Shown: piece after piece, positions 51,305 through 62,869 of the stretch
How positions within the stretch are numbered: position 1 is the first letter of the stretch
Layout: each line of letters opens with the position of its first letter
Origin: Rhizophagus irregularis
Lineage: Eukaryota
Length of the DNA stretch: 64,000 nt
Assembly: GCF_026210795.1 (NCBI RefSeq)
Contig: NC_089430.1
Coordinates: 4,712,001 to 4,776,000, forward strand
Reading direction: 5' to 3'
The notes under the pieces: model-generated
The model's input: only the letters and a program-made list of their open reading frames with translations
What the model was told of the DNA's origin: nothing
Database searches by the model: none
Program-made: the position numbers and the translations under genes

Positions 51305-51977
51305 TCAAGCAATACCAATCAGCTCCTGCTGGTTGAGCATTTTGGTTGATGAATCATGAATGCATTGGGTATTGTGTTTGATGTTTCCATGTACAGTGTA
51401 CATTTCAGTCACATTCGCAAAGTGGAACACGAAGCATGAATTTTCATCTCTGTGATCATTTTGTTGAAATCCATCGGTCGCAAATGCATCTATTATCACT
51501 TGGTAAGCTTGCAATGAGTGTTGATTTATCCAATTTTGATTTAGAGAAATTATTAGAATAGGATCAAAATCATCCACGCCATTATAGTACTAATGAATAT
51601 CCATATTTGTGGATGACAGATATTCATGGATATTCATGTGGACAATCCCTATAAAAAAAAAAAATTCGGAATTTGTCCTGAAAAGTATGGAAAATGTCCG
51701 GAAATTTTCCGTGCGTCCGGAAAACATTCGGAAACGGTCACGTTTTGGAACACTTTCCGGACGCACAAATTCCAGACATTTTCTTGACACTCCAGAATTT
51801 GTCCAGAATTTGTCCAGAATCGAGCGTCCGGAAAATGTTCCAAAACATGACCGTTTCCGAATGTTTTCCGGACGCACGGAAAGTTTCCGGACATTTTCCA
51901 TACTTTTCAGGACAAATTCCGAATTTTCTTTTTTTATAGGGAATGGATAGACGGATTGTAACACTACATGCCGTCAA
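51305..51977 (-). pseudogene. Hypothetical-protein pseudogene interrupted by a MITE
   Basis: Removing 51647-51941 plus one AAT joins TACSVTIRLSI to VHMNIHEYLSSTNMDIH*YYNGVDDFDPILIISLNQNW... in one frame with a single internal TAG. Confidence 0.65.
51647..51941. mobile_element. 295-bp foldback MITE with CCCTATAAAA termini and 3-bp TSD
   Basis: Near-perfect inverted arms of about 120 bp; AAT at 51644-51646 and 51942-51944. Confidence 0.9.
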
Positions 51978-52339
51978 AGTTCATCAAGAAATTTTTCAGG
52001 TGATATATAGCGATATATCACTTTATCGATATATATCACATTATTTAGAATGTGATATATATCGATAATAATCACACTCGTCGAGTAGTATCGATATAGA
52101 TAAAAATGATAAATCATCAAATTTAAACCTAACAGCTAAATGATAAATATTGATATTTAATATAAATAATAAACAATTGATATTTAACATGAATAATAAA
52201 CAATCGATATTTAACTTTAAACATCTTAAACGATAAACATTTTTATTTAATCATCATAATATTGCAATATACAAATAAAACGAAATAAAAATATAATAAA
52301 TACAAATTTTATATCATATTAAATATAGTAATTCTACTC

Positions 52340-54300
52340 ATAAATTTTAACCTGAACTCCAAAGGGACGGAATTGATGAAACCTACAAGAAAAGTAAATA
52401 TAAACGTTAGCAAAAGTTTCTAATTAAATAAAATAAAATAAAAAATCTAGTTCACAACAGGATGTTGCAAAACTAGAATAATGGCAGAATCTAAAAATCT
52501 ACACACCAAATTTCACATGTCCAAAAGCCCAACTGTCTAAAAAAAGAGAAAGTTAAGCTGATACCTAAAAAAAAAATCAGTTTTTTCAAATAAAAATCAA
52601 AAAAAAAAAAATATTTTTAAAGCTTCAATTTACCGATCCAAGTCACCAAGGAAGATCAGTATCTAATAAAAAAAGAAATAAAGTTAATCCAATTTTTTTC
52701 AAAAGAAAAAATTCACAAAAAAAAAATTTTGAAGACTTACCTAAGGTCGAAAGTTTTGAATGTGTCTAAACAAAGAGCCGATAAAATTAAACTTTTTTTT
52801 TTTTAAAATAAAAATAAGTTTCAAAAAAAAGTCTTCAAAACTACCGATTTAAAGTGGTAATGTCAAAGTTGACCTAACTAGAAAAAAAAAGAAATAAAAA
52901 ATTAAAAATTTTATTTTGAAAAAGAAACAAAAATAAGTTTCGGAATGAAACCCTCAAAACTTACTGATCTAAAGTCTAAAGTCGAAGCCATTATATACCT
53001 AAAAAAAAGAAAAAAAATTAGAAATTTTTACTTTAAAAAAAAGCCAAAAAAGTTTCAAAACGAAAAGAAACTTTCAAAACTTACTGATCTGAAATGAAAG
53101 ATTGAAGCCGATAATATGCCTAAAAAAAAAAAGAAATTGTTTAAAAATTTTTTATTTAAAAAAAAAGAAATAAGTTTCAAAGCAAAACTTTCGAAATTTA
53201 CCGATCTGAAGGCTGACTGAAGCTGATACCTAAAAAAAGAAAAAAAAATAGATTACCGTATTTTGCTATTATTAAGTACCCCCAAAAATAAGCACCCCGG
53301 CCAGAATTATGGCGATTTTGGCCAGAATTATGAGCATCTTGGCCGGCATTAAGTGCAAAAAAGGGGTGCTTAATTACTGCCAAATATGGTATTTTTTTTT
53401 TAAAAAAAATACCTAATTCAAAAGAAAGAAAGAACTTTCAGAACTTACCTATCAAAAGCCTAAAAGGAAGATTAAAGGTGATATCTAAAAAAAAAGAAAA
53501 AAAATTAGTTTTTTTTTTCAAAAAAAAAATATTAAGTGCTTTGAAGCTTTTGCTTCAAAACTTACCTATCCAAAACCTAAAAGGAAGAAAAGTCGATATA
53601 AAAAAAAAAATGATTTTTTTTCAAAAAATATCAAAAGATGTTTTGAAGTTGTAGCTTCAAAACTTACCATATTATGCCAAAATTCAAAGCTGCGTCTGAA
53701 TCTGAGATATTAAAAAAAAAAAAAAAAATTATTTAAAAAAGACTGATTTCACTCGTCCAGACTCGTCTAAAAAAAAGGAAAAAATATGAAGCGTTATAAA
53801 CGTTTTGTTAAACAAAATAAATTTTAATCGTTACAATTCCCTTACTAAAATCAAATTCCACGTGTTCAGCCCTTACCAAAATTCAAATCCACGCAACCAG
53901 ACCTGTCTAAAAAATAGAAACGTTAATAATCGTTACTGTAAAAATAAAAAAAAAATAAGGAAACTAACCACTGAATTCCAAAATGTTTAAAGACCTGGCT
54001 ATCTAGAATTTTTTACGCATCCGAAGGTCGAAATGTGGCAAACCCTAAAAAAAGAAAGGTTAGTAAGGCCAAAAAAAATTAACATTTCCACAAGAGATCC
54101 GCTGAAATGAAAGTGTTACCTAAAAAATAAATTCATAATTTTTTTACTTGGTGAAAAGCGGTTAATTTAGAGGATGAAAGAGAGGAGGAAACGAAAAGAA
54201 AGGGAGAGAGGAGAACGAGAGAGAAGAAGAACAAAAGAAGAGGGGAAAGGTAAAAATGGAGGAGAGGAGGAAAAAGGGAAAAACGGAAAAGAGGGAGGGG
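52340..54300 (-). ncRNA. Micro-exon array (about 15 short exons), probable spliced non-coding transcript
   Basis: Regular minus-strand GTAAG donors and poly-T-AG acceptors about every 100-120 bp, mutually similar 25-40 nt exons, and a CT-rich leader at about 54170-54300. No ORF recognised. Confidence 0.5.
53256..53389. mobile_element. Tc1/mariner-type MITE inside an intron of the micro-exon array
   Basis: TA-CCGTATTTTGCTATTATTAAGTACCCC ... GGGGTGCTTAATTACTGCCAAATATGG-TA. Confidence 0.75.
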
Positions 54301-55189
54301 GATTTTATTAAAAAAGTTTAAAATAGTTTAAAAAAAGTAGATTAGTATTATGTGATACACGTAATACATAATTTTATAAAATAGAGGGGATTATAATTTT
54401 TTTTCCAACAGAGTGGAGAAAAATTATAAAGATGATGAGTTGGAATTCAAGTAGTTTCAACTTGGACGGTAGTAATCATGTAAATAAAGATAACAAGCAC
54501 CTGTTTTGTTCAAAGAAATACAAAAAGCTAACGTCGAGCAAGTCGTTGTAAAAGAAAAGGGATAAAACCAAAGAGGTGGTAAGTTTGTTAGTAAAGTATC
54601 TGTCATTTATGGTCGTAGGTATTAGCATAGATTTTGATTAAAAGTTAAATTAAAATCATAAATAGCTAGTACGTTTTGGTATATTCAATTTTTTTTGTTT
54701 TTTTTCGTTTTGGATAGTTAGTAGATAGATACTTTATTAGGAGATGTAATGACGTCTAAATTATAACAAATTGTTGTATAACAGATAATAATTGTTATAA
54801 TATTAATAAAGTTAATTAAAAAAAATAATAATAATTTTTTTTTATAACATATCGAGATAATAAAATAAAATAAAATAAATTTATTTGGGGATTGCTAACC
54901 ATTGGGGGTTTTTTCCAAATATGTCACATGATGTACAATATAGAGTAAATTAGTAATTTTATTAATCGGCTGATGGATAATTTTTTTAATTTCTGAATGT
55001 TTGATCGGCGAAACTAAAATTTATGAAATTTTATTTGCAAATACTAAAATTTAAGTAAAAAATCACTGGCTTTATTTTTAATGAAGTGATGCAAATAAAA
55101 AAAACAATAACAATAAATAAATAGATAATAAAATTACAATGATCAAGGAGAAAGATGCTAATAAAAAAATGAAGCAACAATGGAGTAAT

Positions 55190-56015
55190 GGAAAGTAATA
55201 GAAGATGAAAGGGAGTAAAAAAGAGTGTGATAGGAAACAAAAAGGAGAAATAGGACATGATGAGAGACGAAAAGAAGTGATGGAGACAAAAAGGAGCGAT
55301 GAGACGAAAAGGAGTGATGAGAGATGAAAATTAAGTGATGGGAGACAAAAAGGAATGATGAGACGAAAAGGAATGATGAGACGAAAAGGAATGATGAGAC
55401 GAAAAGGAATGATGAGACGAAAAGGAATGATGAGACGAAAAGGAATGATGAGACGAAAAGGAATGATGAGACGAAAAGGAATGATGAGACGAAAAGGAAT
55501 GATGAGACGAAAAGGAATGATGAGACGAAAAGGAATGATGAGACGAAAAGGAATGATGAGACGAAAAGGAATGATGAGACGAAAAGGAATGATGAGACGA
55601 AAAGGAATGATGAGACGAAAAGGAATGATGAGACGAAAAGGAATGATGAGACGAAAAGGAATGATGAGACGAAAAGGAGTGATGAGACGAAAAGGAGTGA
55701 TGAGAGATGAAAATTAAGTGATGGGAGACAAAAAGGAATGATGAGACGAAAAGGAGTGATGAGACGAAAGGGAGTGATGAGAGATGAAAAGAAATGATGG
55801 GAGACGAAAAGAAGTGATGGGAGATGAAAAGGAGTGATGAGAGACGAAAAGAAGTGATGGGAGGTGAAAAGGAGCGATGAGACGAAAAGGAGTGATGAGA
55901 GATGAAAAGAAATGATGGGAAGATGAAGAGGAGTAATGGGGCGAAAAGGAGTGATGAGAGATGAAAAGAAGTGATGGGAGACAAAAAGGAATGATGAGAC
56001 GAAAAGGAGCGATGG
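55190..56015. repeat. 18-bp minisatellite (ATGATGAGACGAAAAGGA)n
   Basis: 18 perfect copies at 55355-55678, flanked by degenerate 18-20 bp variants. Confidence 0.95.
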
Positions 56016-57056
56016 GCATGTAACCGCCTTCTTTTGATAAATTCTAAAAAACAAGTACCATCATTACTGATTATGTATTACCGATAATAGCGATATCGAA
56101 TTTTTTTTCAACAGCGATTTGAAATAGATTACAATGATGAATCATAATCATTAAATTCTGATCACTGATTGCTGAGATAATGTGATTAAACGGCCATTTT
56201 TAAGAGGTGTCGGATACTTTTGGCAGGTGTCGTGCATGACAAAGAAAATAAGAAAATTAGATCGTTGATTACGTAAGATCCACGTAATAATGCGTCCTGA
56301 AAATGGAAATTTTACTAGTAAACTCGATGCTGATGTAAATATTATTTTTACAAATAATATCGATATGGGGATTAAAATTCTATTTATTTTTATTTGGTAA
56401 ATTTGGTAGTATAAAAGGTAATATAAAACTATCTTGTCAAATTATGAATTTCTTCAAAAATGTCTTTTTAATGTAATTTAATTTGAAAAATATTTCCAAG
56501 GATACTTTTAACTGGAAAAAACATTAAGTCTTAAAGGTGAAAAATGAGTTTGAGACAATCAATACAAGCTAAAAGGTGAAAAATGTGGATCAAAAAAGTA
56601 AAAAAAGCTCAGATTTAAAGTGATATAATTTAATAAAATGAAATCATTTATCTTTATAATTTAAAAATTTAACAAAAAAAAAATACGGTCAAAACTTCCT
56701 TTGATCATTGTTTTTTTTTTTGAAAAGTCACTTTGCTTTTGTAAATTTTTCACACGTTCACGCATCCAGAAAATGTCATGTTTTAAATTAATAACTACAT
56801 CAATCAAATCAAAACCCAATTTTGCATAGTATTAACATAAATTAGCCTTTAAGATTATTTCAAAGAATCTGGTAGGTTGGTAACATCCTTTTGAACAAAG
56901 TATTGTGGTCAATGTATTGTCATCACGAAATCCACCACCGTCAGAATAATAGCAGAAAGAGAATTTTTCATTCCACTTATACGAAATAATATTTCTGCCT
57001 GTTTTTTACGCGAAAAAAAATTTCTCTACATATAGTTTAGAAAATTTCTTAATTTA

Positions 57057-57295
57057 CACGGGGTGTTCATACACGTATCACGTGACTTTATTAATAAGTT
57101 ACTGTATGTAAAAAAAATTTTTAATAAATATAATTTTAAAGGGAACATGCGTCAAAGTTGATTTTGAATGCCAATTTTGATTATTTAACAAATTCTTTTT
57201 TTTTCCTGTTTTCGATTAAATTTAATTCTGCCCAACATTAAATGATCAGCATAGGAAATTTACTTTTTTGGAAACCCGTGTTTGAACACCCCGTG
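57057..57295. mobile_element. Tc1/mariner-type MITE (239 bp)
   Basis: TA-CACGGGGTGTTCA...TGAACACCCCGTG-TA. Confidence 0.85.
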
Positions 57296-57633
57296 TACAA
57301 ATAGAAATCGCCTATAGTTTATTACTGAAAGAATATTATCACCTAAGATACAAAAAAATTACAGCTGTTAAAGTACAGAAATAATGCATCGTGAACTATT
57401 TAATAATAGGTAAATTACGTGGGTTACTGCAGTTTCGTTAAATGAATAAAAGAATTTATTCTGATACAATGGTCAATAGTTTACCAAATAATCCATAAGT
57501 AAATTTTATATAATTTATTAACTAGCTTTAAAATATAAATAAAATATAAAGAAATATTACATTTAAAAAAAGTTCTAAAGAGTTAAAAAAGAATATTTTA
57601 TCGTAAATATAATGGGAAATTAACGAAAGTTGA

Positions 57634-60600
57634 TCATTCATCAATTTGATCGTCATTTTCTTTTTTTTCAACAACTTCATCGTTAGCATTAGCCTTATCC
57701 TTTTTAGCATTATTTTCTAATACTTCTTGAATATGTTTTTTGAGTTCATTTATAAGTTCATTTTTTGTTTCATTCAATTTTTCTTCCCTATATTTATCCT
57801 TAATTGCTACTAAACTTCTCAACTCATTACTGATAAACGGAGGATAATTAAAATCAGCCTTATTATTATCAATTGCATTAATTAATTTACGAACTTCGGA
57901 AACAGGCATATCATAATAACTAAAATAATTAAATAAAATATAGTTAACAATATAATGGGACAATAATTAACAAAAATTTTTAATATTGATAAATTAACTC
58001 TTACATCCAATCTGGAAACCATTCTTTGTTATCACGTCTCTGACTTGGTAACATATAGAATAATTCAATCTCTGCAATAATCTTTAAAAATAAAGTGTAA
58101 TCAGTGAAAATTTGATATCATCACCGAATATAGTAACCAAGACAAAAAAACTATTACCTGTGCTTTTTGAAGTAAAAATTCTTCTTCTTTGTTATAATCA
58201 GCAATTGCTATGTTAAGCAATCCAATAAATAAATTCATAAGATAGATTACAGTGAAAAATGTAAAAGCAACTAATAAAAATGTCATTGTGGGATTTTCAC
58301 GAAAAGTCCATGATGATAAAGATCCAGAATCACCAGTAAGCATTTTATAAACAGCTAAAAGTGAAGTAGGAAACCAATTAAACAAATTTGTATTTGAATC
58401 TGAAGGTTGAATTATATTATTTATAGTTCCATCTGAATTAACAAAATCATATTTAGTTACAAGGTTCTGTGGATCGTTATCATCATTAACTTCAATTGAT
58501 CTTAGAATAATAAAAAATGCTTGAGCAAATCCAAGTATAATAAAAAATAAGACCACCAAAAATGGAAAAACTGTTTGGGCAACACCAATTATTATGGCAA
58601 AATATTTTCCAAACGAACTAAATACTCTAAAAAATAATAAGAATTTAAAACTTAATAATATAAAAGATATAGCCATAAGCCAATGGGGTGGATTTTTACT
58701 GATAAACCAATAAAGAGATATTATAACGGGTAATGAATAAGCCCCTACATCTATTAATTGATTGAATTAAAGTTAATTTAGTTTTAATATATCATATGCA
58801 AATAAATAATAAATTTCCTTACCAAATAAATTCCATAGATCAGTGAAATATTTTTTTGGTCTCCATAGACACTGTCGAATTTCAAAAGATAATTGTATGA
58901 TGCCAAATATAATTGTAATTTTGTAAAGTGAACCACGATAAAAATCAGCAATGGACAATGCTGTAGAAGCTAGTGTATAGCAAATATAAAAAATTGTATA
59001 GATAACCCAAATAAAAGAATAGTAAATCCATCCAAAAGTTTTCCACTTAAAGTCTATGATCGCAGCAAAATTCCACCAATTATATAAATTATTACTATCT
59101 ATATTACAAAAAAGAATCTTTTTTGGTTTATATAAAAATTCATTCCAAATATTATTCTTTTTTGGTACCATCATGATTGTTTTTAGTCCTGTAATCATTT
59201 TTTTTAGTATTGTGGTATCGGTGTCATCTTGGTATTCACAAAAAATTTGAGGAAAAGGAACAATGAGACTGATTGTTCTGGTTTCTTTCTGTGACTTATT
59301 TAAATATCGATCATATAATGAAGATATAGACTTAAAGTAATTACTACCCAGATGTGATTTTATAATGCAATTATTTAAGTATGAGTTAAGTGAAGTATCT
59401 CTTGAACTACTAATGGAATTACAATTAGGAGATAACATAATAGATGTGTATGCCATATATTTAATTAAGAAATCAGAATAACAGTTTTGACATAATTCAG
59501 GCAAATTTAAACTAATAAAAGGCAACAATGTGTTTTTGTAATCTCCTGAATTACTTGTAATTGATTCAATAATTTTATCAATAATTTGTTGAACAATATC
59601 ATCATAATTTTTCTTAATGGTTATTTTTAATATTTCTGATCCAAATTTTATAAATAACTTTCTATCGTTTATAATTTTTATAACCATTGGTTTAAAAATA
59701 TTCTCCCATCCAAAAGTAGTATCGTTTTCATTCCATAATTTCAAAAGTTCTGATCCAAATTTTGATAATCCTATTGTATCATTTATAATATTATCACTAT
59801 ATAAATCTTTTATACTCGATAATGGTATTGAAGATCTATAATCATTAAATTCATTATCTAGAAGTTTTTTAAAGTGGTAATTAATTAGTTTAATATCGTT
59901 ATTATCTATTTGTTCAAAATATAAAATATTTTCAATTTTTTCTCTAATATCATTCCATTCATTATTACTCCAAATGTATTGACATCTCATATCTTCAATG
60001 TTATAAATATTGATTCCACTCCCCTTAATTAGTACCAAATACCGGTTATTTAATAATTTAAATGAAAGTATATAAGACCTAAGATTAAAAATGTATGATG
60101 TACCACGATCCCCATGCTTACTGACTTTTATATGATCCTCATACTCATATCTCTCTAGGAACCATTCCTTTTCATTAACCTCATGTTCTATTCGAACCCC
60201 ACCTTCTGGTATAACCCTATCAATGCCCTTTTCGATGATATCCTTAAGCATTTCTTGAATAAATTTTAAAGTAGAAAAAGAGTAAATACTACTATCTTGG
60301 TCAATCTTGTTCGATATGTTTGTTAATTGTTGTAATCTACTTTCATCTAACCAATCTGTGACACAAACATTATTATTATTGTCAATGGAAACTTTTTTAT
60401 TTAATTTAGTTATCACATTCTTCTTATTAAAATCATTCATATTTCCAATATCACCAGTAATATCTATTACATTAGAAGGCTGATAAGGATCGATAAGCCT
60501 ATATTTATTTTCTTTTAAAACCTTAACTATTAATCCTTCCAAACCATATTTTAAAGTTATGAATTTTACTGGAACTTCGTGATAGTAAAGATTTTCTACG

Positions 60601-61630
60601 AATAATTACTATTAAAATTTATAAAAATTTTTTATCATATCAAAAATATGCTGTATATATTGTAAAAATAATACCAACCACGTGAATATATCATCCCACT
60701 TTCCATTGAAAATATCCGAATACCTGAAAAAATATCTGTCGCCCATAATGTTTGATTTTTATTCGCAATTGCTTGAAAAGTATACCTCAACGGTTGAGTA
60801 TCTAGTATATTGTATTGGTTATCTAAGGTCATTGTCGATAAATTAAATTGAAGTATTAACGTTTCAGAATTTCGTAAAAAAAGAAATAACTTTGATTGAC
60901 ATATAAGACAACCCGATAAGTCATGAATTTCTATATCATAAATATGAGAATATTCCCAAGAAACTGTTTTATTTGGCTTATTTGTAAAACAGAACTTGCA
61001 AATTTTGCGATCTTTTATTGTTACTTGAATTAAATCACCATTAGGAAGGAATCCAATATCTTGCTTGGGAGGTACATAGTTATATTCAGTAAGGGAATAG
61101 GGACACTTTAGTTCAAGATATCGATTACTAAGAGGATTACTATTTAAATCAATAAGACCTAATTACAGTATAAATTATTAATTAAACAAAATTAAATTTT
61201 TTATTATTCTCATTAATTGAGTCAATAAATACTTACAATAGTTATCACCGTCTTCCTCACCCCAATAAAAAAATAACAAAATTTTCTTGCATAGAATATA
61301 TGACTTTATATAGTAGGACTTTTTGAGTCGATCTACTAACTGAAAATAAACATCGGATTTGGGTTGAATATGCTTATTCTTTTCAATATTAACATACCAT
61401 CCAAGAACTGAATTATTTTCTTTACTATAAGTTACAACATAAGCTTCATTGTCAGTATCATTGATGTATTGAGAAACAAAAATACGATCAATTGATTCCC
61501 TATGTTTTTCCTTATTTTTTTCATCCTCATTATCAGTCGCTTCCATTTGTACTTTCGTACTATCATCAAAACCATGATCCGCAATTGGAAGTCTAGTATC
61601 TTCTGGAGATTCAATTTTTTCGGGATCCAT
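57634..61630 (-). CDS. TRP-type cation channel (about 1200 aa)
   Basis: Exons 61630-61237, 61158-60679, 60595-58823, 58750-58158, 58081-58005, 57919-57634; 3603 nt, in frame. Motifs: AIIDFKWKTFG pre-S1, FEIRQ..KYFTDLWNLFD, LLFFRVFSSFGKY, pore SLLAVYKMLTGD, S6 IYLMNLFIGLLNIAI, TRP-helix LLQKAQIIAEIE. Confidence 0.9.
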
Positions 61631-61739
61631 ATCACGTTAATGAATTTTATTTCAAAATCCACAAAAAAAATTTTTTTTTTTTTTGCGCTTTTTATAAAAA
61701 AAAAAAATAACAAATTACAAGATTATTTTATTAAAATTT

Positions 61740-62740
61740 CCATTTATAGTAAGCATAATAAAATATGCACGGTAAACCAATTAATTAATTTATTTGATGA
61801 TAAAGTCAACTTGATTAGATAGAAAAAAATTAAAATTTTACATGTATGGTACAAAATTTTACGCCAAAGAGAACGATAAGAAAAAAATTTTTTTTATTGT
61901 GTAGGATAAAATAGGAAATTGAAATCATATGAATTCAAACATTATGTAAAAGAATAGTTCCAGTTTAATTTTGTGAGAAATTGATAAGTTTCTTCTTGAA
62001 ATTTATTTATTTAATTATTGATTTATTTGCATGAACGAGTTTAAAAAACTAGATTTTATGATTAAGTTTATTAGCATAATGGAATACGATCGATAAATCA
62101 ATAACTTATTTGACGAAGTTAAATTATTTAATTGGACAAAAAAATTAAAAATTAAAATTTTGTAATGCATAATGCATATGCATGTGTTTAGTACAAAATT
62201 TTGCGCCAGAGAGAACAATAGATAAAATTCTTTTTTTTATTGTAGCTTTTTTTTTATTGTGTAGGATAAAATAGGAAATTGAAATTATACGATCCTATAA
62301 AAAAATTTCTGGGAAAATTGATCAATTTTCTAAAAAATTTTTATAGGGAGAATTCATGTAAAAGAACAGTTCCAGTTTAATTTTGTTATTCTTGAAATTT
62401 ATTTATTTAGTTATTGATTTATTTATAAACGAGTTTAAAAACTAAATTTTAAGATAAAGCTTAATAGCATAATGAAAATATGCACGGTAAAATCAATTAG
62501 TTTATTTGACGAAATTAACTTTTAATTGAACAAAAAAATTAAAAATTAAAATTTCATTATGCATAATGCAGAGTACAAATTTTGTGCGATAATTTTTTTT
62601 TATTGTGGCTTTAATTGTGTAGGATAAAATAGGAAGACAAATGTTGTTTAGTACAAAATTTTGCGTCATAGATAATAATAGAAAAAAATTCTTTTTTTAT
62701 TTTGGCTTTTTTTATTGTGTAGGATAAAATAGGAAATCCA
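61740..62740. repeat. Degenerate tandem repeats upstream of the TRP gene
   Basis: Four copies of GTACAAA(A)TTTT...TTGTGTAGGATAAAATAGGAA (near 61850, 62190, 62575, 62650). One unit carries a CCTATAAAA...TTATAGGG insert of about 56 bp at 62293-62348. Confidence 0.75.
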
Positions 62741-62869
62741 TTATTCATAAAAAAATCAATAAGTTCTCTTCTATAATTCTATTACATGCGAAACTTTAAT
62801 TTGTTTATGTTCGAATGCATGCATGAATGAATTAAAAAACACCAGATTTAAGTTTAATATCAAACTATC

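Noticed and set aside
51590..51977. Mirror-image ORFs on both strands
   Set aside because: Artefact of the foldback MITE.
55158..56054. SSFLFV/SSHHSF/MMRRKG repeat ORFs; unit resembles a C-box or hammerhead core (TGATGAG.CGAAA)
   Set aside because: Open frames follow from a stop-free 18-bp unit. There is no D-box, no conserved C3 and no flanking stems.
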